The notes: a model not told the origin generated them from the sequence alone. Positions 23,285 to 35,701 are shown, numbered from the whole stretch's first letter. The stretch: DNA of 63,633 nt, filler included, from Reclinomonas americana ATCC 50394 (GCA_048213135.1; 19 parts of 19 records of this genome joined end to end with filler, not necessarily neighbours in it); one strand, 5' to 3'. A program made the numbers and translations.

Positions 23285-24544
23285 TCACTTCTTGTAGAAA
23301 CGGTCGAGGATCGCCTGCTCGGCCTTGGCCGCCTCGGCGAGCGCCGCCTTCGGCTCCTGGTTCTGCAGCAGGACGCGATTGGCCATGTCGAGGATGACTT
23401 GGCGCTGCGGCAGCTCGTCGACGAACACGGTCGCCTGCGAATAGTTCAGCGCCTTCAGGAACGGGCCGTAGATGGGGTGGGCGAGGTTCTTCTCGGTCTC
23501 CGCCGCAGCCTTGCGCGCCGGCAGCTCGCCGACCGTCTCCAGCCAGAGCTGCATCGCCTCGGGCGAGGTGACGAAGGCCATGAACTTCTTGGCCGCTTCC
23601 AGCTTCTCGCCAGTCGGCTTTGTGGTGATGGCGTTGACCCAGTAGCTGGCGAAGTTCGACTTGGTCCCGTCCGGGCCAGCCGGCAATTCGGCGACGCCCC
23701 ATTCGAAGTTCTTGATGCCGCCGAAGGCACCGAGGCGGAAGGAGCCGTCGATCGTCATCGCCGCGCGCCCGGCGCGGAAGGCGGCCTGGCCCTCGTCCAT
23801 GAAGCCGGCGAGGCCGACCTTGTGGGTGCGCTGGAGATCGGCGTACCAGGCGAGCGACTTGGCGCCGGCCTCGCTGGCATAGGTCACGGTCTTGTTGTCG
23901 TCGGAATAAGGCTTGCCGCCCATCTGGCGCAGCAGCACCTCGCGCCACCAATGGTAGTCCTGGCCGGGCATGTCGAGCGTCACGCCGGCCTGCAGCATGT
24001 TGCCGGCGCCATCGCGCTTCGTCGTCTTCTTGGCTGCGTCCAGGAATTCGTCGAGGGTCTTCGGCGGCTTGCTGGGATCGAGCCCGGCCTCCTGGAAGAT
24101 CTTCTTGTTGTAGAACAGCGCCAGCGAGCGCACCGCCGTCGGCAGGGCGTAGTACTCGCCCTCGCGCTTCATCGCCGAGACGATTGGATAGAACTCTTTC
24201 TCGATCATCTCCGGCGGGAAGGCGTCGCGCGGCAGGGGGCGGATGACCTTGCCGGCGATGAAGTTGTCGACCCAGCCATAGAAGAGCTGGACCACGTCCG
24301 GGCCCTGGCCGGCGGGTGCGGCGGCGACGATCTTGGTCTGGTAGTCGGCATAGGGGAAGGTCGTGTGCTTGACCTTGATGGTCGGGTTGGCGGCCTCGAA
24401 GCGCTTGATCAGCTCGTTCATCGCCTTGATTCGGGCGTCGAATACATATTGCCAGTACTCGATCTCGACCGCCTGGGCGCGAGCTCCGGCGATCGCGCCG
24501 ACCGACATCGCGATACCCAGCAACAATCCGCGAAAGCCGCGCAT
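23285..24544 (-). CDS. ABC transporter extracellular solute-binding protein (family 1)
   Basis: GGAGG RBS before MRGFRGLLLG, signal peptide ending ARA, GQGPDVVQ and LFYNKKIFQEAGLDP..PPKT. Confidence 0.93.
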   Translation of the reverse strand: MRGFRGLLLGIAMSVGAIAGARAQAVEIEYWQYVFDARIKAMNELIKRFEAANPTIKVKHTTFPYADYQTKIVAAAPAGQGPDVVQLFYGWVDNFIAGKVIRPLPRDAFPPEMIEKEFYPIVSAMKREGEYYALPTAVRSLALFYNKKIFQEAGLDPSKPPKTLDEFLDAAKKTTKRDGAGNMLQAGVTLDMPGQDYHWWREVLLRQMGGKPYSDDNKTVTYASEAGAKSLAWYADLQRTHKVGLAGFMDEGQAAFRAGRAAMTIDGSFRLGAFGGIKNFEWGVAELPAGPDGTKSNFASYWVNAITTKPTGEKLEAAKKFMAFVTSPEAMQLWLETVGELPARKAAAETEKNLAHPIYGPFLKALNYSQATVFVDELPQRQVILDMANRVLLQNQEPKAALAEAAKAEQAILDRFYKK

Positions 24545-24823
24545 GGTCTTGTCCTCCCCGATCTGGTTGCGATGCTCGCCTGCATCGGCTCCCGGCCGGC
24601 GAGGCATCCAAGCCGCCATGCTTTTACAGCCGCCTGCTCGCTGTCAACCGATTAATTCACTTGAGTTGGATTAATGGCCGTCGCAGCTTGTGCAGGCAAG
24701 GAAGGCCGACCCAGATGCCGCATNNNNNNNNNNNNNNNNNNNNNNNNNNNNNNNNNNNNNNNNNNNNTTAATTAATTAANNNNNNNNNNNNNNNNNNNNN
24801 NNNNNNNNNNNNNNNNNNNNNNN

Positions 24824-26366
24824 GCGTGTCGCGTAGATGCTGTGGTGGTCAACAACTCGTGTCCGAACTCGATACGATGCTGGTACTGGCTGCTGCTGCT
24901 GTGTTGCGGCGGTGCGGTGATTGTGTGGCTGGCGACGTGTGGCGTGCTGTACGGCTGTGCTCGTCGTCGCAAGCGACGAGTGAAGAAGGAGGTGGGATTC
25001 CCCGAGCGGCTGCAACTGGGTGACGAAGGGTACATGAGGTTCATGATGTCGCCGCGGCTGTGGTTCATTGGATGTCGGTACCTGCCACCGGACGATGTTC
25101 CGGCCGACAAGCTGCAACTGGGTGCACTGCGTGGATTCCCGATCGTGCAACCGAAGGGTGCCGTGCACGGTGGCAGCGGAGATGGATTGTTTGGGGTGGC
25201 TGGTGGCGCAATGACGACGACGGTGGACTTTGCGGTGGAGGGCGACGAGGAGCAGACGCTGAGTGGCAGTGCAAGTTGCGTCGGCAGTTGGTGGAATGCG
25301 GGAGGTGGCGATTGTTGGCTTGGCTGAGACTGACTTGGGTGGTGTGTGCGTGTGTGCAGTGCGTGCCAGAAGCGTGGTTGGTGGCCATGATGGCAGGGCG
25401 GCGGTCGGTCTGCAGCGGATGGTTCCGTTGGTGCCTCTTGCAGGCGAGGGAGGTGGGCGGGGTGGTGCAGGTGTGTGTGTTAGTGTTATTGCTTGTTTAC
25501 GTATTGTGACGAGTGGTGCTGAAAATGAGTAATGCGCCTGTTTAGGCGGCGAGACTGTGCAAGATCGTCGAGTTTTGCCGGTCAGCGGACTGCAGCAACA
25601 GCATGGCATAAATGTGTCAGTCAATGCGCCGAGCGCACAGCATCAGATGCCGGCTTTGCGGTCAATGTTGACGGCGCCTCAGGACGACCGCGACAATGAC
25701 GATGGTCGACGACGGGTGCTACAGGCGGATGACATGGCGGCCGAGCCCATGGAATACATGTCGCCGCCAGTGCCGCTGCGGATCCCGAAGTTGAACCTGG
25801 AGCTGCTGGCGTCGGTGATGAACAGCGGTGGCGGGGCGTACAACAGTGCGCGGCTGGGGTCCATGCCGCTGACGCCGCCGCCGGCTGCGCTGTTGCCGCC
25901 GAGCATTGCGCACCTGGTGACTTCGCGAGCATACCCCAGCGTTCCACCGGTTCCGGTGCTTGTGATACCGCGAAGCTCGCCCATTCTGTCTTCTCCGCGC
26001 CTCGCACCACCGCGCCATGCTCCGCCTCCGATTCCTCAGGGTCGCCCACCATCCCCACCCATGTTCAACGAGTTGTCGCCGCGGCCGCCACCGGTGCCGC
26101 GATATGTGCCTGCCGATGGCGCAGTGGACGAGAATCTATTCAATGCCCTGTCGCCGGCAGACGCGCGGTTCATGGCACTGCGGCCGGGAAGTGCGCGCAC
26201 GGCGGGTGTGCCAGTGGTTCCTCCGTTGCGACTTGCCGGGTTGAGTGGTGGACAGGGTGGTGGCTCGGCATCCGCACCGTCGTCGCCGCGAGGAGCCGGT
26301 GTCGTGATTCCACCGCTGCCTTTGGCTCGATTGGCGAGCATTCGCGAGGACCTGAATCGACAGTAA
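24824..26366 (+). CDS. single-pass membrane protein with proline-rich cytoplasmic tail (5'-truncated, spliced)
   Basis: TM segment WYWLLLLCCGGAVIVWLATCGVLYGCA followed by RRRKRR. The long last exon (~25546-26366) is rich in Pro and SPR/SAR. Confidence 0.55.
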
Positions 26367-26523
26367 TTTTTGCAGGTTTCCGTGATTGGTTTTTTTGTTT
26401 ATGTTTGTGGGTAGCGAGTGGTTCTATAGTTATTCTTTGTGTGTGTTTTCTTTGTTGTTTGTTGCAGCATGTTAGGTGTTTTGCTCTCTTTCTTGATGAT
26501 AGTTAGTTGTTAAATGAAATTGC

Positions 26524-28487
26524 ATGTTTGGCTCGCAGCGCTTTCGTCCTCCTCCGTGTATGTTAACCACGCCACCGTGTCGACTGATGACGAGCCGATT
26601 ACTGTTGTTACCACGTGCATCTTTGTCGAGGTTGTTTGCAAGTCGTGCGACCGCGTCCGTCGACAACGATGCGTCGACGCACTTGCGCAGTGCCTTGCGT
26701 CGCTTCTTCCTGCAAGTGCACCCCGATCGCTTCTTCTCACAGCCGCGACAAAGGTCCGTGGACACACACACACACACTCTCTCTCTCTCACTGAGCGACA
26801 CATGTTGATCGCATGCATGCAGACAAGTCAATGAGGAGTCTCTCAAGCGCCTCAACGCGGTGCTGTCGTGGGTTGGCGGGTCGGCCAGTGGACGACCGCC
26901 GGCTGCGTTGGACTTTGTCTTTTACCTGAGCAAGTCGGAGACGCAGCGCGGTGAGCGATGGACTCCGTTTGAGTTCCGCCACGAGTATCCACCCGCAGTC
27001 GCCAGCGGATCTGCGCAAGCGAGTCGTGTGCGCTCCTTTGTGATGGCCAGTGTGGCACAGATGTTGCTGGTTTGCGGCTGTCGTGAGGTTGTCCTCTTGC
27101 GGTGGATTGTTGATCATGTTGGTTGAGCAGGAGGCGCGCGTGGAGTTGCCACGAGCGGAAGTCGATGCACTGTGGGCGCTGCGACAGCACCCACGTGGCG
27201 CAGCTGGTGCCGAGTCGGTGTCTCGCTCCACGGTGTCGTTGCGGGAGGAGTTGCAAGCACGACTGCGCGAGTATTTTGCAGAGCGCGAGGCCAGCTCGGC
27301 GCCAGGCGATAACGGTTCGCGCGTGCGTGTCATTGCCCTTGCCGTGTGACTTTCGCTGGTCTCTCATGCGTGCGATGCTGACATGCCAGTCGACTGGGGT
27401 GTGTTGGCGGATGAGCTGGTCCGGCAGCGACTGCTGGTGAAGACCGATGCGGTGAGCGAGGCGGCGTTTGGGCGCTTTCTTGCCGGGCTCGCGGAGTGGC
27501 TTCCGCAAGTCGACGAATCCTTGTGGCGCGGTGTACCGATCCTGGTCACTGGCGAGAATGAGAAGCAGCAGTCCGAGCTGTTTGTGCGCGTGCCATGCAA
27601 CGCCACGGTCGGAGTGTTTCGGTCCGCATTGCAGCGACAGGCGGATCGGTGAGCTGTGCCGTCTCTCGTTCTCCTCTCTCGTTCCTTGTTGGGTGTTCTT
27701 TTGCTTACTGCATTGCCTCCAGAGTGCGTGTGGCCAGAGCGGCACACAATGCGGAAGTGAAGCAGGTCGCGGAGCTGTGCTCGACGCTAAAGACGCATCT
27801 GCATCTGGAAGACGTGCACATTCGGTGCGACACAAAGGATGTGGCGAGGTGCGTGATGGCTTGGTGAGTGTGCCGAACTCAAAACTTCCTTGTTCCTGAG
27901 CTGCGCGCAGCTGTGTGGAAAAGTTGATGGACATGCGCGTGCTCCTGAAAGGCTGCGGCGTCGGCGGCCTCGAGTTGACGCTCAGTCGCGAATTTGGTTG
28001 TTTCAGCGGCGAGCAGCGCCTTGTCGACCTGCTATGCATCGACGCGGCAGCGACAGCCGATGACATGTCGGCCTTCTTTCGAAGTCACTGGCGTCTCCTG
28101 CCAGAGATCCGCCGCATGCAAAGCAGCGTGCGACGTGCGACTGGCGACATTGAGCGATGGACCAAATCGCTGCGCAACGACCTCGGCCTGCCCACCGGTA
28201 GCGGTCTCCTACGTCACACCGCCCCCGAGCGCTCGCTTGAGCAGCTCCAGCTTGTCGCCCGTGCATTACGCGCACTGCACGCCATGGTCCCACTGCTGCG
28301 CACGTCGTCGCGCATACGCTGGAACGATCCGTCAACGTCGCTGCTGTTGACATGGGAATGCACTGCGGTTGCTGGATCGGTCGTGCAAGTCGGCATCCAC
28401 GCGCTGCTTGCAGACAGTGACGGAGCGCATCGACTGGCCAGCGCGCTTGCATGTCAGCGTAACAGCAGCAGCAACGTCGTGTCATGA
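26524..28487 (+). CDS. TCAIM-like (DUF4460) mitochondrial protein, spliced
   Basis: Arg/Ser-rich presequence-like N-terminus, then LRSALRRFFLQVHPDRFFSQPRQR|QVNEESLKRLNAVL, matching the DUF4460 J-like motif. Confidence 0.72.
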
Positions 28488-28520
28488 GTGAAAGAAAGTC
28501 CCAGTCAGTGTTGAAACGAA

Positions 28521-31186
28521 ATGGCCGCAAGTGCGCATCGTTTGTGTGGCCCACTGCGTGCGCTCGTGCAAGAAGCATTCTCCGTGTTTGCATCCACACA
28601 GGCTGCACTTGACCGCGGTCAGTGTGTGTGTGCACGCGCGCCATGGCACTCTTGTTGTTGTCACTCTCTCACTCTTTTCGCAGAGGGTCGTGTGAGTGGC
28701 GATGTACTCCTCTCGCAGTCGATTGCATATCGCTCAGTGATGGAGACTGCGCGCTTGTCTCTCGAACGCGCTGTTGTCTCTGGTGAACGCACACATACTT
28801 GTCTCTCTCACACACACACTGTCTCTCTCACACACTCGCGCGCTCAGGTCAAGGATTCGTCGCGGATGGTCTCGACGCGCGACAGACACATCGTCTGGTC
28901 GAGTTCATGAATCTCTTCATTAGCCTGTGGCACTTGTGTGAGGCCGTGTGTGTGAGCAGTGGCGACTCGTATGTGTTGCCGCACTTGCTGCGTTGGGTGC
29001 ACAGTCAGGCGGATGCACCGGCGAGGTACTCTCTTCTGGTGACTCCCTTGTCATGCTCTCTCTCACTCTCACACACGCACGCCTTGCACAGCCTGTCATC
29101 TGCGTTGTTGGCCGCGGAGAGCGCGCTCACAGAGCAAGAGCTGCCTTTGTCGTACTGGGAGGCACGTCGTGTCTGTCTGTCTGTCTGTCTTTGTGTGACT
29201 TGCGTTGTGTGTTGATCTGTTGGCGTGCAGGCGTTGCGACACTTTGTGCTGCTCGGTGACACGAAACGCGACGGGGAGAGTCTCTTTTCGTCGGCACTGC
29301 GACTGCTTGGCGCGCATCCGAGCCACCGCTACGAGTCCGACACGCATGAAGGACTCGAGGTGCGTGTATGTTTGGACGAGTGGAGCGCCAGACAGGGTTG
29401 CTGACTGGCGTGTGTGGCAGCTGTTGCACGAGGTGATTCGCCGGTTGCAGGAGTACCCCGAGGTGCGCCCGCGTGTGGCCGCTCGTCAGTTCGAGTCGAA
29501 CTGGCGACTGTGGCGAGACGGTGTCAGCAAAGTGCGACAGCGTGCCCCGTCGCAGTCGCCACTGTTTGAGATCCTGCTCATTCTGGAGGGCCAAGTTGCG
29601 TAACCTCTGTCTCCATGCACAAAGGCATCGCTGACTGTGTGTGCTGGGGGGCTAGATGGAAACACTGCAAGCGTACGCACAGGACTGGCGAGAGTTGGCC
29701 ATTGCGCGTCTGCTGCACAGCAAGCCGCTGTCCCGCTTCGAGGACTTGGCGCCGGCAGCGGAGGAGGCTCGCCGGTTGAAGCCCGTCCTCGCCGACAGCG
29801 AGAAAATCTCGGATCTCTTCGCCAAGGTCTTTGACGGCACAGTGACAGCGCTGCTTCACCGCTGCTCGGAGATGGCTCGGATGGCGTCTGGCGACTCGGC
29901 CGAATTGGGCTTCCTCTTCACGTGGTTCTCGGCGCACTTGGCTGACATTTTGACACCGGCTGGATTCGTGGAGGATCTGGGCGCGGACAGTGGTGCGTCC
30001 ACTTGTCATCAGCGCTTGCGTGTCTCCTGCCTCGCTCACCATCGCGCATATTCGCAGAGAGTTTCCACGACAACTTTACGAAGAAATACGTCGACGCACT
30101 GAAGGTTGCGTGCCCCGACTTGTGGAGAGTCAATGCCGAGTACGCACGGCTGTGTGGTAGTCCGCTTGCCACCCGACTGGCAGAGGAGGTGCGGCGATGC
30201 ACTCGTGCAAGTACGCACCTGCTTGTGCACTGACTGAATGGGTGTCGCTCGCAGATTATTCGCACGCAGAGACTGACGAGCGAGTCCAAAGCCCTCCGCT
30301 TGTATCAATACTGCTGTGAGGTGTCGCTCTTCCCAGTGGCCGATCAGCTGTGTCGTGATGTGGGCGAGCGATATGTTGCGTCCGCAGAGGGGGTGAGAGA
30401 GGGGATGAAATGTGTTGTCTGTCTTTTTTCTCATGCCGTCTGCGTGCAGATCCGGTGTCGGCGGTACGTGCCGGCGTTGCAGTGGCTGGTCCGAGGCCAA
30501 TGTTATGACAAAGTGGCCGAGGTGGCCGACCTCGTTGTGGTACTGTGGCTTTGCTATGCAGTCGATCTTGTGTGTTTCAGCCGCCGATCTCACTCATTCC
30601 CGCAGGAATCCTACTTTGCGACAAGGGACACGTCGAGTTTGTTTGCGGTGGCCGACTCGTTCCACGAAATCGATCTGCAGGAGCTCGGCGATCGCCTCAC
30701 CCTTGTCAATCTGTTGCGTCGTGTCGCGGCCGCCCCCTCCATTCGAGGGCAATGCTGATCCTCCTCTTGTGCGCAGACTGGCGGATTTCAAGCGCCTGGA
30801 TGTGACGAATCCGGCCTCAACCGTCGAGGCGCGTGAGAGGGCTGCCTCCATTCTGTTCGAGCTGTTGGCCAGCGGGTGCGTCGAAGAACGCATTCGGTGT
30901 CTCCCGTCTATCCTCCCGCTCACTCATGCACTGCAGAACCGTGCCTCGCAAATTCTGGCTCGGTCTTCTGCTGGAGGGTGTGCCACTGCTGCAGGCCACC
31001 GAAAGCGGCACACTCCTCTTCACGCCCGCTCAGGCTGCCGAGCTGTTGCGAATCCTCAATACGCTAACACTGCCGCACAACTGGGTCGATCCACAACATC
31101 AGCCGCTGCCCACTGCCAAGATTGAGCTGCTGCGACGCGCGCTCAGTTTGCACGTCTCCAAGGCGCTGCTCACTGGATTCTACTAA
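28521..31186 (+). CDS. NUP85: nucleoporin Nup85, multi-exon
   Basis: WFSAHLADIL, LWRVNAEYARLC, ALQWLVRG, FWLGLLLEGVPLL..LLFTPAQAAELLRILNTL and KIELLRRALSLHVSKALL parallel conserved Nup85 blocks. Confidence 0.8.
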
Positions 31187-31439
31187 AGATATACAAGGCG
31201 ACAATAAACGACATCTCATGCTCAAACATGCGTGTGGTTGTGGATTGGTGGTGATTACAGCAGAAAGCCGTGAGGAAGGAGATGAGAAAGGGAAAGAGAG
31301 TGTCAAGTGGCAACGAAAAAGGTGAAAAGTTGATGTCGGGCGTGAAAGCAGCGCCTCGCCGCGCACGAGAAGGGATAGAGGAGTAGATTGTGCACACAAA
31401 GGCAAGAGGGGAAACAGGATCGGAAGAGGAGTCGGGGTC

Positions 31440-33110
31440 TCACGTCTTTTGGCGCTTCACACTGCCAGGCTTCTCCAGTTCTCCATCGCCTGGTCGCTTG
31501 CGGTTGTACTGCGCGCACACACACACGAGATGCAAAATGAGCGGAACATGCAAAGGAGTGGCGATGATTGGCACACGCACCGGTCCATCGCGACACTTGA
31601 AACAGAACCAGTCGTCTTCCGGAACTTGCGCCAGTCTGCACACGAGAAGCACACATCAGCTCCGCACCCTCGGCGCACCACCAGCAGCGGCAGCAGCTGT
31701 CTACGCAACGGTGGATCGTCGCAATACGTGTGGCATCCGCGACTGCACTTTTCACACAACAACAGCAGATCGTCCCGATCGCCCTTTCCGCAGCTGCATC
31801 GTCGATATGGTTTAGTCCTCAACTCTTATTCGACCTACCTACACGACTGGCCAGAGGCGCAACTTGTAGCAACGCTCAGATCGTTGAATCTCCAGCAGCT
31901 GATTGTAAATGCGCTTGGCCTCGTTGGTGGCATCCCAGAATTTCTTGGAGAACGCTCCCGCCGGCATCGACTTGAACTCACGATACTTGACCGGGAACTG
32001 CTCGCACGCTGCTCCCGCCACCCACCTCTTCTGCTCCCACCTGTCTCTCCCCACTTTAGCGCAGCATGATTGGTTGGTGCGAAAAATGGCGGGAACGCAA
32101 CCGCTCAAAGGGAAGCACCAGCACATCGTCGGGATGATGCTTCTGCTTCAGCAAGTTGTTAGGCACGCCCGTCATTTGCCGGATGATCTGCATCACCGCA
32201 GACGCGACAAAAAGAAAAGGCACGAGTGAGCGTGTTTGCGTTGGTCGGTCATTGGGCGCGCCATGTCGGCGTGCATCGAGCCCCCTCACACACACACACC
32301 TGGCACGGCCAGTACTCCTCTGCAAAGCCAGGGAAGTCGCGCACAAAGACGATATCCTGCATCATTCGCGCCATTTGAGAGTGAGCAAAAAAAGACAACA
32401 AAAGGTTGACAGCAAGGCAAACCCTCCTCGGACCTTGCTGGTGCCGAGCAACTCCAGAATGTCGCCCTGTTGCGCCTGCTGCAGCATCATATCGACCAGC
32501 TGCTGCTGCTCTCGTTGCTGTTGTAGCCGCAACTGATGCGCAGCCGCGGCATCATCTTTGCACACACAAAAGTGAGACACACAGACGCACACACAAGGAA
32601 CAACCAGACACAATTGCACGCACCAGCCGTTCTCCGCTGCTGTTGCTGCTGATGCGCGTAGCCCACAGGCGCGGCCGCCGATGCGCCTCGTCGCGACGCA
32701 CCTGCGCTCTTCTTCTTCTTCCTGCTGCTGCTGCCTTTTCTTGAGTCGTCATCGTCGTCATCGTCTTCATCCTCGTCGTACTCCTCCTCGTCCTCATTGT
32801 CGTCGCCGTACTCATCGTCATCATCGCCACGCGCAGCCGCACGCGCAGGCGCAGGCGCAGAGACGCGTTGCTGCGGGACGACTTGCGGCTGCTGCTGCTG
32901 TTGTTGTTGTTGTTGTTGTCGTGCGTACTGTTGCTGTTGCATCGCGTACACTTGCTGCTGGTGACGCTTCACGGCATCGACTTCCTCTTCTTCTTCCTCG
33001 TCCTCCTCCTCCTCGTCTTCATCGTCGTCGTCGTCGCGGTAGTAGTGGTACTCGCTGCTTCGGCCGGCCAGGTGGGGGGGGGGGGGGGGGGGGGGGGGCA
33101 CGCGGTCAGC
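31440..33110 (-). CDS. PWWP + PHD-finger chromatin reader with acidic/Gln-rich N-terminal region (probably 5'-incomplete)
   Basis: Spliced frame DIVFVRDFPGFAEEYWPCQIIR...DDVLVLPFERWEQKRWV...FPVKYREF...KKFWDATNEA is PWWP-like. It is followed by CYNCGKGDRDDLLLLCEKCSRGCHTYCDDPPLAQVPEDDWFCFKC (C4HC3 PHD). Confidence 0.82.
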
Positions 33111-33293
33111 ACACGGTGTTAAACACAAAAGTAGGGGTACAGTACCCCAGGAAAAGGAAATTTCGAAATAAGATGTTGAACGAATGGTCGGGANNNNNNN
33201 NNNNNNNNNNNNNNNNNNNNNNNNNNNNNNNNNNNNNTTAATTAATTAANNNNNNNNNNNNNNNNNNNNNNNNNNNNNNNNNNNNNNNNNNNN

Positions 33294-35701
33294 ACCACCA
33301 CCAGCTGCCACCGTTCTTCCAGCGCCAACGTAAACGACATCAGTCGATGATGCATGTGGTGGTGCTGCAGCAGTGGTCTCCGATGCGGAACGAGGCTGCA
33401 TGTGAGACGCTGACCCCAACTGCATACGATACGATGTCCATATCCGAAACAATTGGTCATAGCAATGCCGAAGGCGCATAACCTGTCTGTCATCCTCGTT
33501 CCGAGTAAAAGGCGGGAGTGTCGGTGCCGTGACGCCGTCACCACTCCCACACACATCATTCTCGACTCCCACAAGATAAGCACGTGCCCTCGTCAAGACG
33601 ATGCCGTTGCAGGCGATAATACGACCTGGCGGTAGTGGCAGCGTGTCATCAGCTGCAGGTGGTGGTGAGGCCAGCCATTTTTTCTCCTCGAGCTCGACTC
33701 CGCATTCACCACCACCACCACCACCATCCGGCGGCGGAGCCATGAGCATGAATTGTGAGTTGATGATTGCAGCAACCGTGCACAGATACTCATCCAGGGT
33801 CCAGTTGCACACTGAAGGTGGCAAGGAGGACACAGCAGCAGAGTTGACCGCCGCTCGCACGGTGAAGTGTGAGCGTGCAATGAATTGCAGCTCAGGTTTC
33901 CAAAGCCATAGCGTGTGTAAGTTGCCATCCGATTGAGCTGCCATCGCTTCAGCTGCTTGCAGAGCCTCTTGCGATATCGGTTGCTTCCAGCACTTGAATT
34001 TATCGCCAAATTCTGTGTAGATACGCAGATCAGCATCACTTACATGCGCAGCACAAACGCAAAGCTCGGCTGCCCAGACCTGTTTGTTCCAGTGTTCGCA
34101 TCGCATCACCAACCGCCTTCCGCAGTGTAAGAGCAAGCCTCCGAGTCACCAGGGCACAGGCTCGGTACGCATCAACAGTCGTCGATCGCGGTGATCGAGA
34201 TGGCATCGGCCGCGATGGCGCAGCCTCGAGCTCAGCTGCAGCAGCAGCAGTCGATGGTTGTAAATCTGCCGGCGCTTCTGGCAACAACTGCAGTCGATCA
34301 CAGAGTGCATTGATGCCATCCATAAAGTCCTCGATGTCTGCCGCATGATGTTCGCGCATTGTCATGGAGCTTGCCATGGAGGCATCACCACGTGGACCAG
34401 ACGACGTTGCATCTAGGAGAGAGAGAGAGAGAGCGCGCAAGCCGGGCAAGCAAGCGACAAGTGCATTCAGATGAGCAACCAACACGAATGCACTTCAAAG
34501 ATACATGGTGCACTCACCGTCGTCATCATGCTGAGCACTCTCACGTTGATGATTGGGGGCAGCGGGAGAAGAAGAGTTCCAAAACTGTGCGCCCGCGCCA
34601 GCAAGTACGGCACACTGAATGCGGCGAAGGGCGTGAACCACGCGCTGTCTCTCCTCACTGAGCTTGTTGAGCTGGATTGCACCTGCATTCGGGTCGCTCA
34701 AGAGGGCAACCCACAGGCGAGGCAAGTCATTGCGCAAAAAGCGCATGAAATCGACAGCGGACAAGTGAAGCTGGCGACCATCACCACCACCACCACCACC
34801 ACCACCACCACCACCATTGCCACCACTCGCAACTGCGCACCAAACAATCAAACAAAGATGCCGTGTACATGTCAACAAACAAATGACATGCGTGCTGCGC
34901 ACGTGCACGATCCACACATAAATATGCACACACCGCCACCGGATTCTTGGTCAGGCCTGTGCTCACAATCGCGAACGACACCGGCAGCCGCCGTCGCGAT
35001 CGCACTGCTTGTCGCGATCGACGTGTCCTGATCATGCATTGTTGCAGTGACTGCAGAGAGACGATGCAATATAATGAAGACTGTGAGTACACCGCTGGTG
35101 GTGCACCAACAACATGTACAATCTCACCTCCACCAACACCTGCTGCACCGTGACCAGCATCGACATCGTCGGTGCCAGCATCGTCGACGTGCATCGACTG
35201 TGATGATTCATCACACTGAATGCGCGACAGGAGTGCTCGCAGGTGCGACACCGACAGATGGAGAGGAGATTCGCCACTGTCCGCATGTGATTCAGTGGAA
35301 CCAGCTGATGCGGAAAAACATCGGATGCAGTTATCGATCTGCTTCTTCACGTGCAGCAGTTCCCGCGCGATCGTCGCCGTTTCGTCACACAACGACCCGA
35401 GAGAGAATGCGTTCCTCTCGCCATCCCGCGCAAGCATCTGCAAGTGCGCCGACACGCCTCCGGATCCATGCGTCACGCGCACGACACCGTTCGACAAGGT
35501 ACAAGGCACGATGCTCGCCAGTGCGTCCAAGTAGCTCAGCCAGCACTGCAGGTCCACCACATCCTCCTCTGGATCTGCCATACTTTTGGCGGCAAGCACC
35601 AGGGTGCTGAACTTGCCGCGCAGCTCTCGGCGCAGAAGATTGGCGAAACGCATCAGCCTGTCAACCGCATCAACCTCCTGTCGCAATAGCTTGCAAGGCA
35701 T
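33294..35701 (-). CDS. unknown helical protein, partial at both ends, spliced
   Basis: Successive long minus-strand frames (~35701-35130, ~34800-34520, ~34410-34050, ~34030-33300) are separated by short intron-like gaps. No family recognised. Confidence 0.5.

Noticed and set aside
16716..24655. Long alternative-frame or antisense ORFs over the bacterial genes (e.g. 16880-17866+, 23271-24611-, 23399-24655+, and the N-terminal extensions of 20517-21881 and 21470-23077)
   Set aside because: They are shadow ORFs caused by high GC. The recognised genes account for the sequence.
16772..24723. Horizontal transfer of a bacterial island into the eukaryote
   Set aside because: There is no real sequence junction, genes are truncated at linkers, and there are no introns or amelioration.
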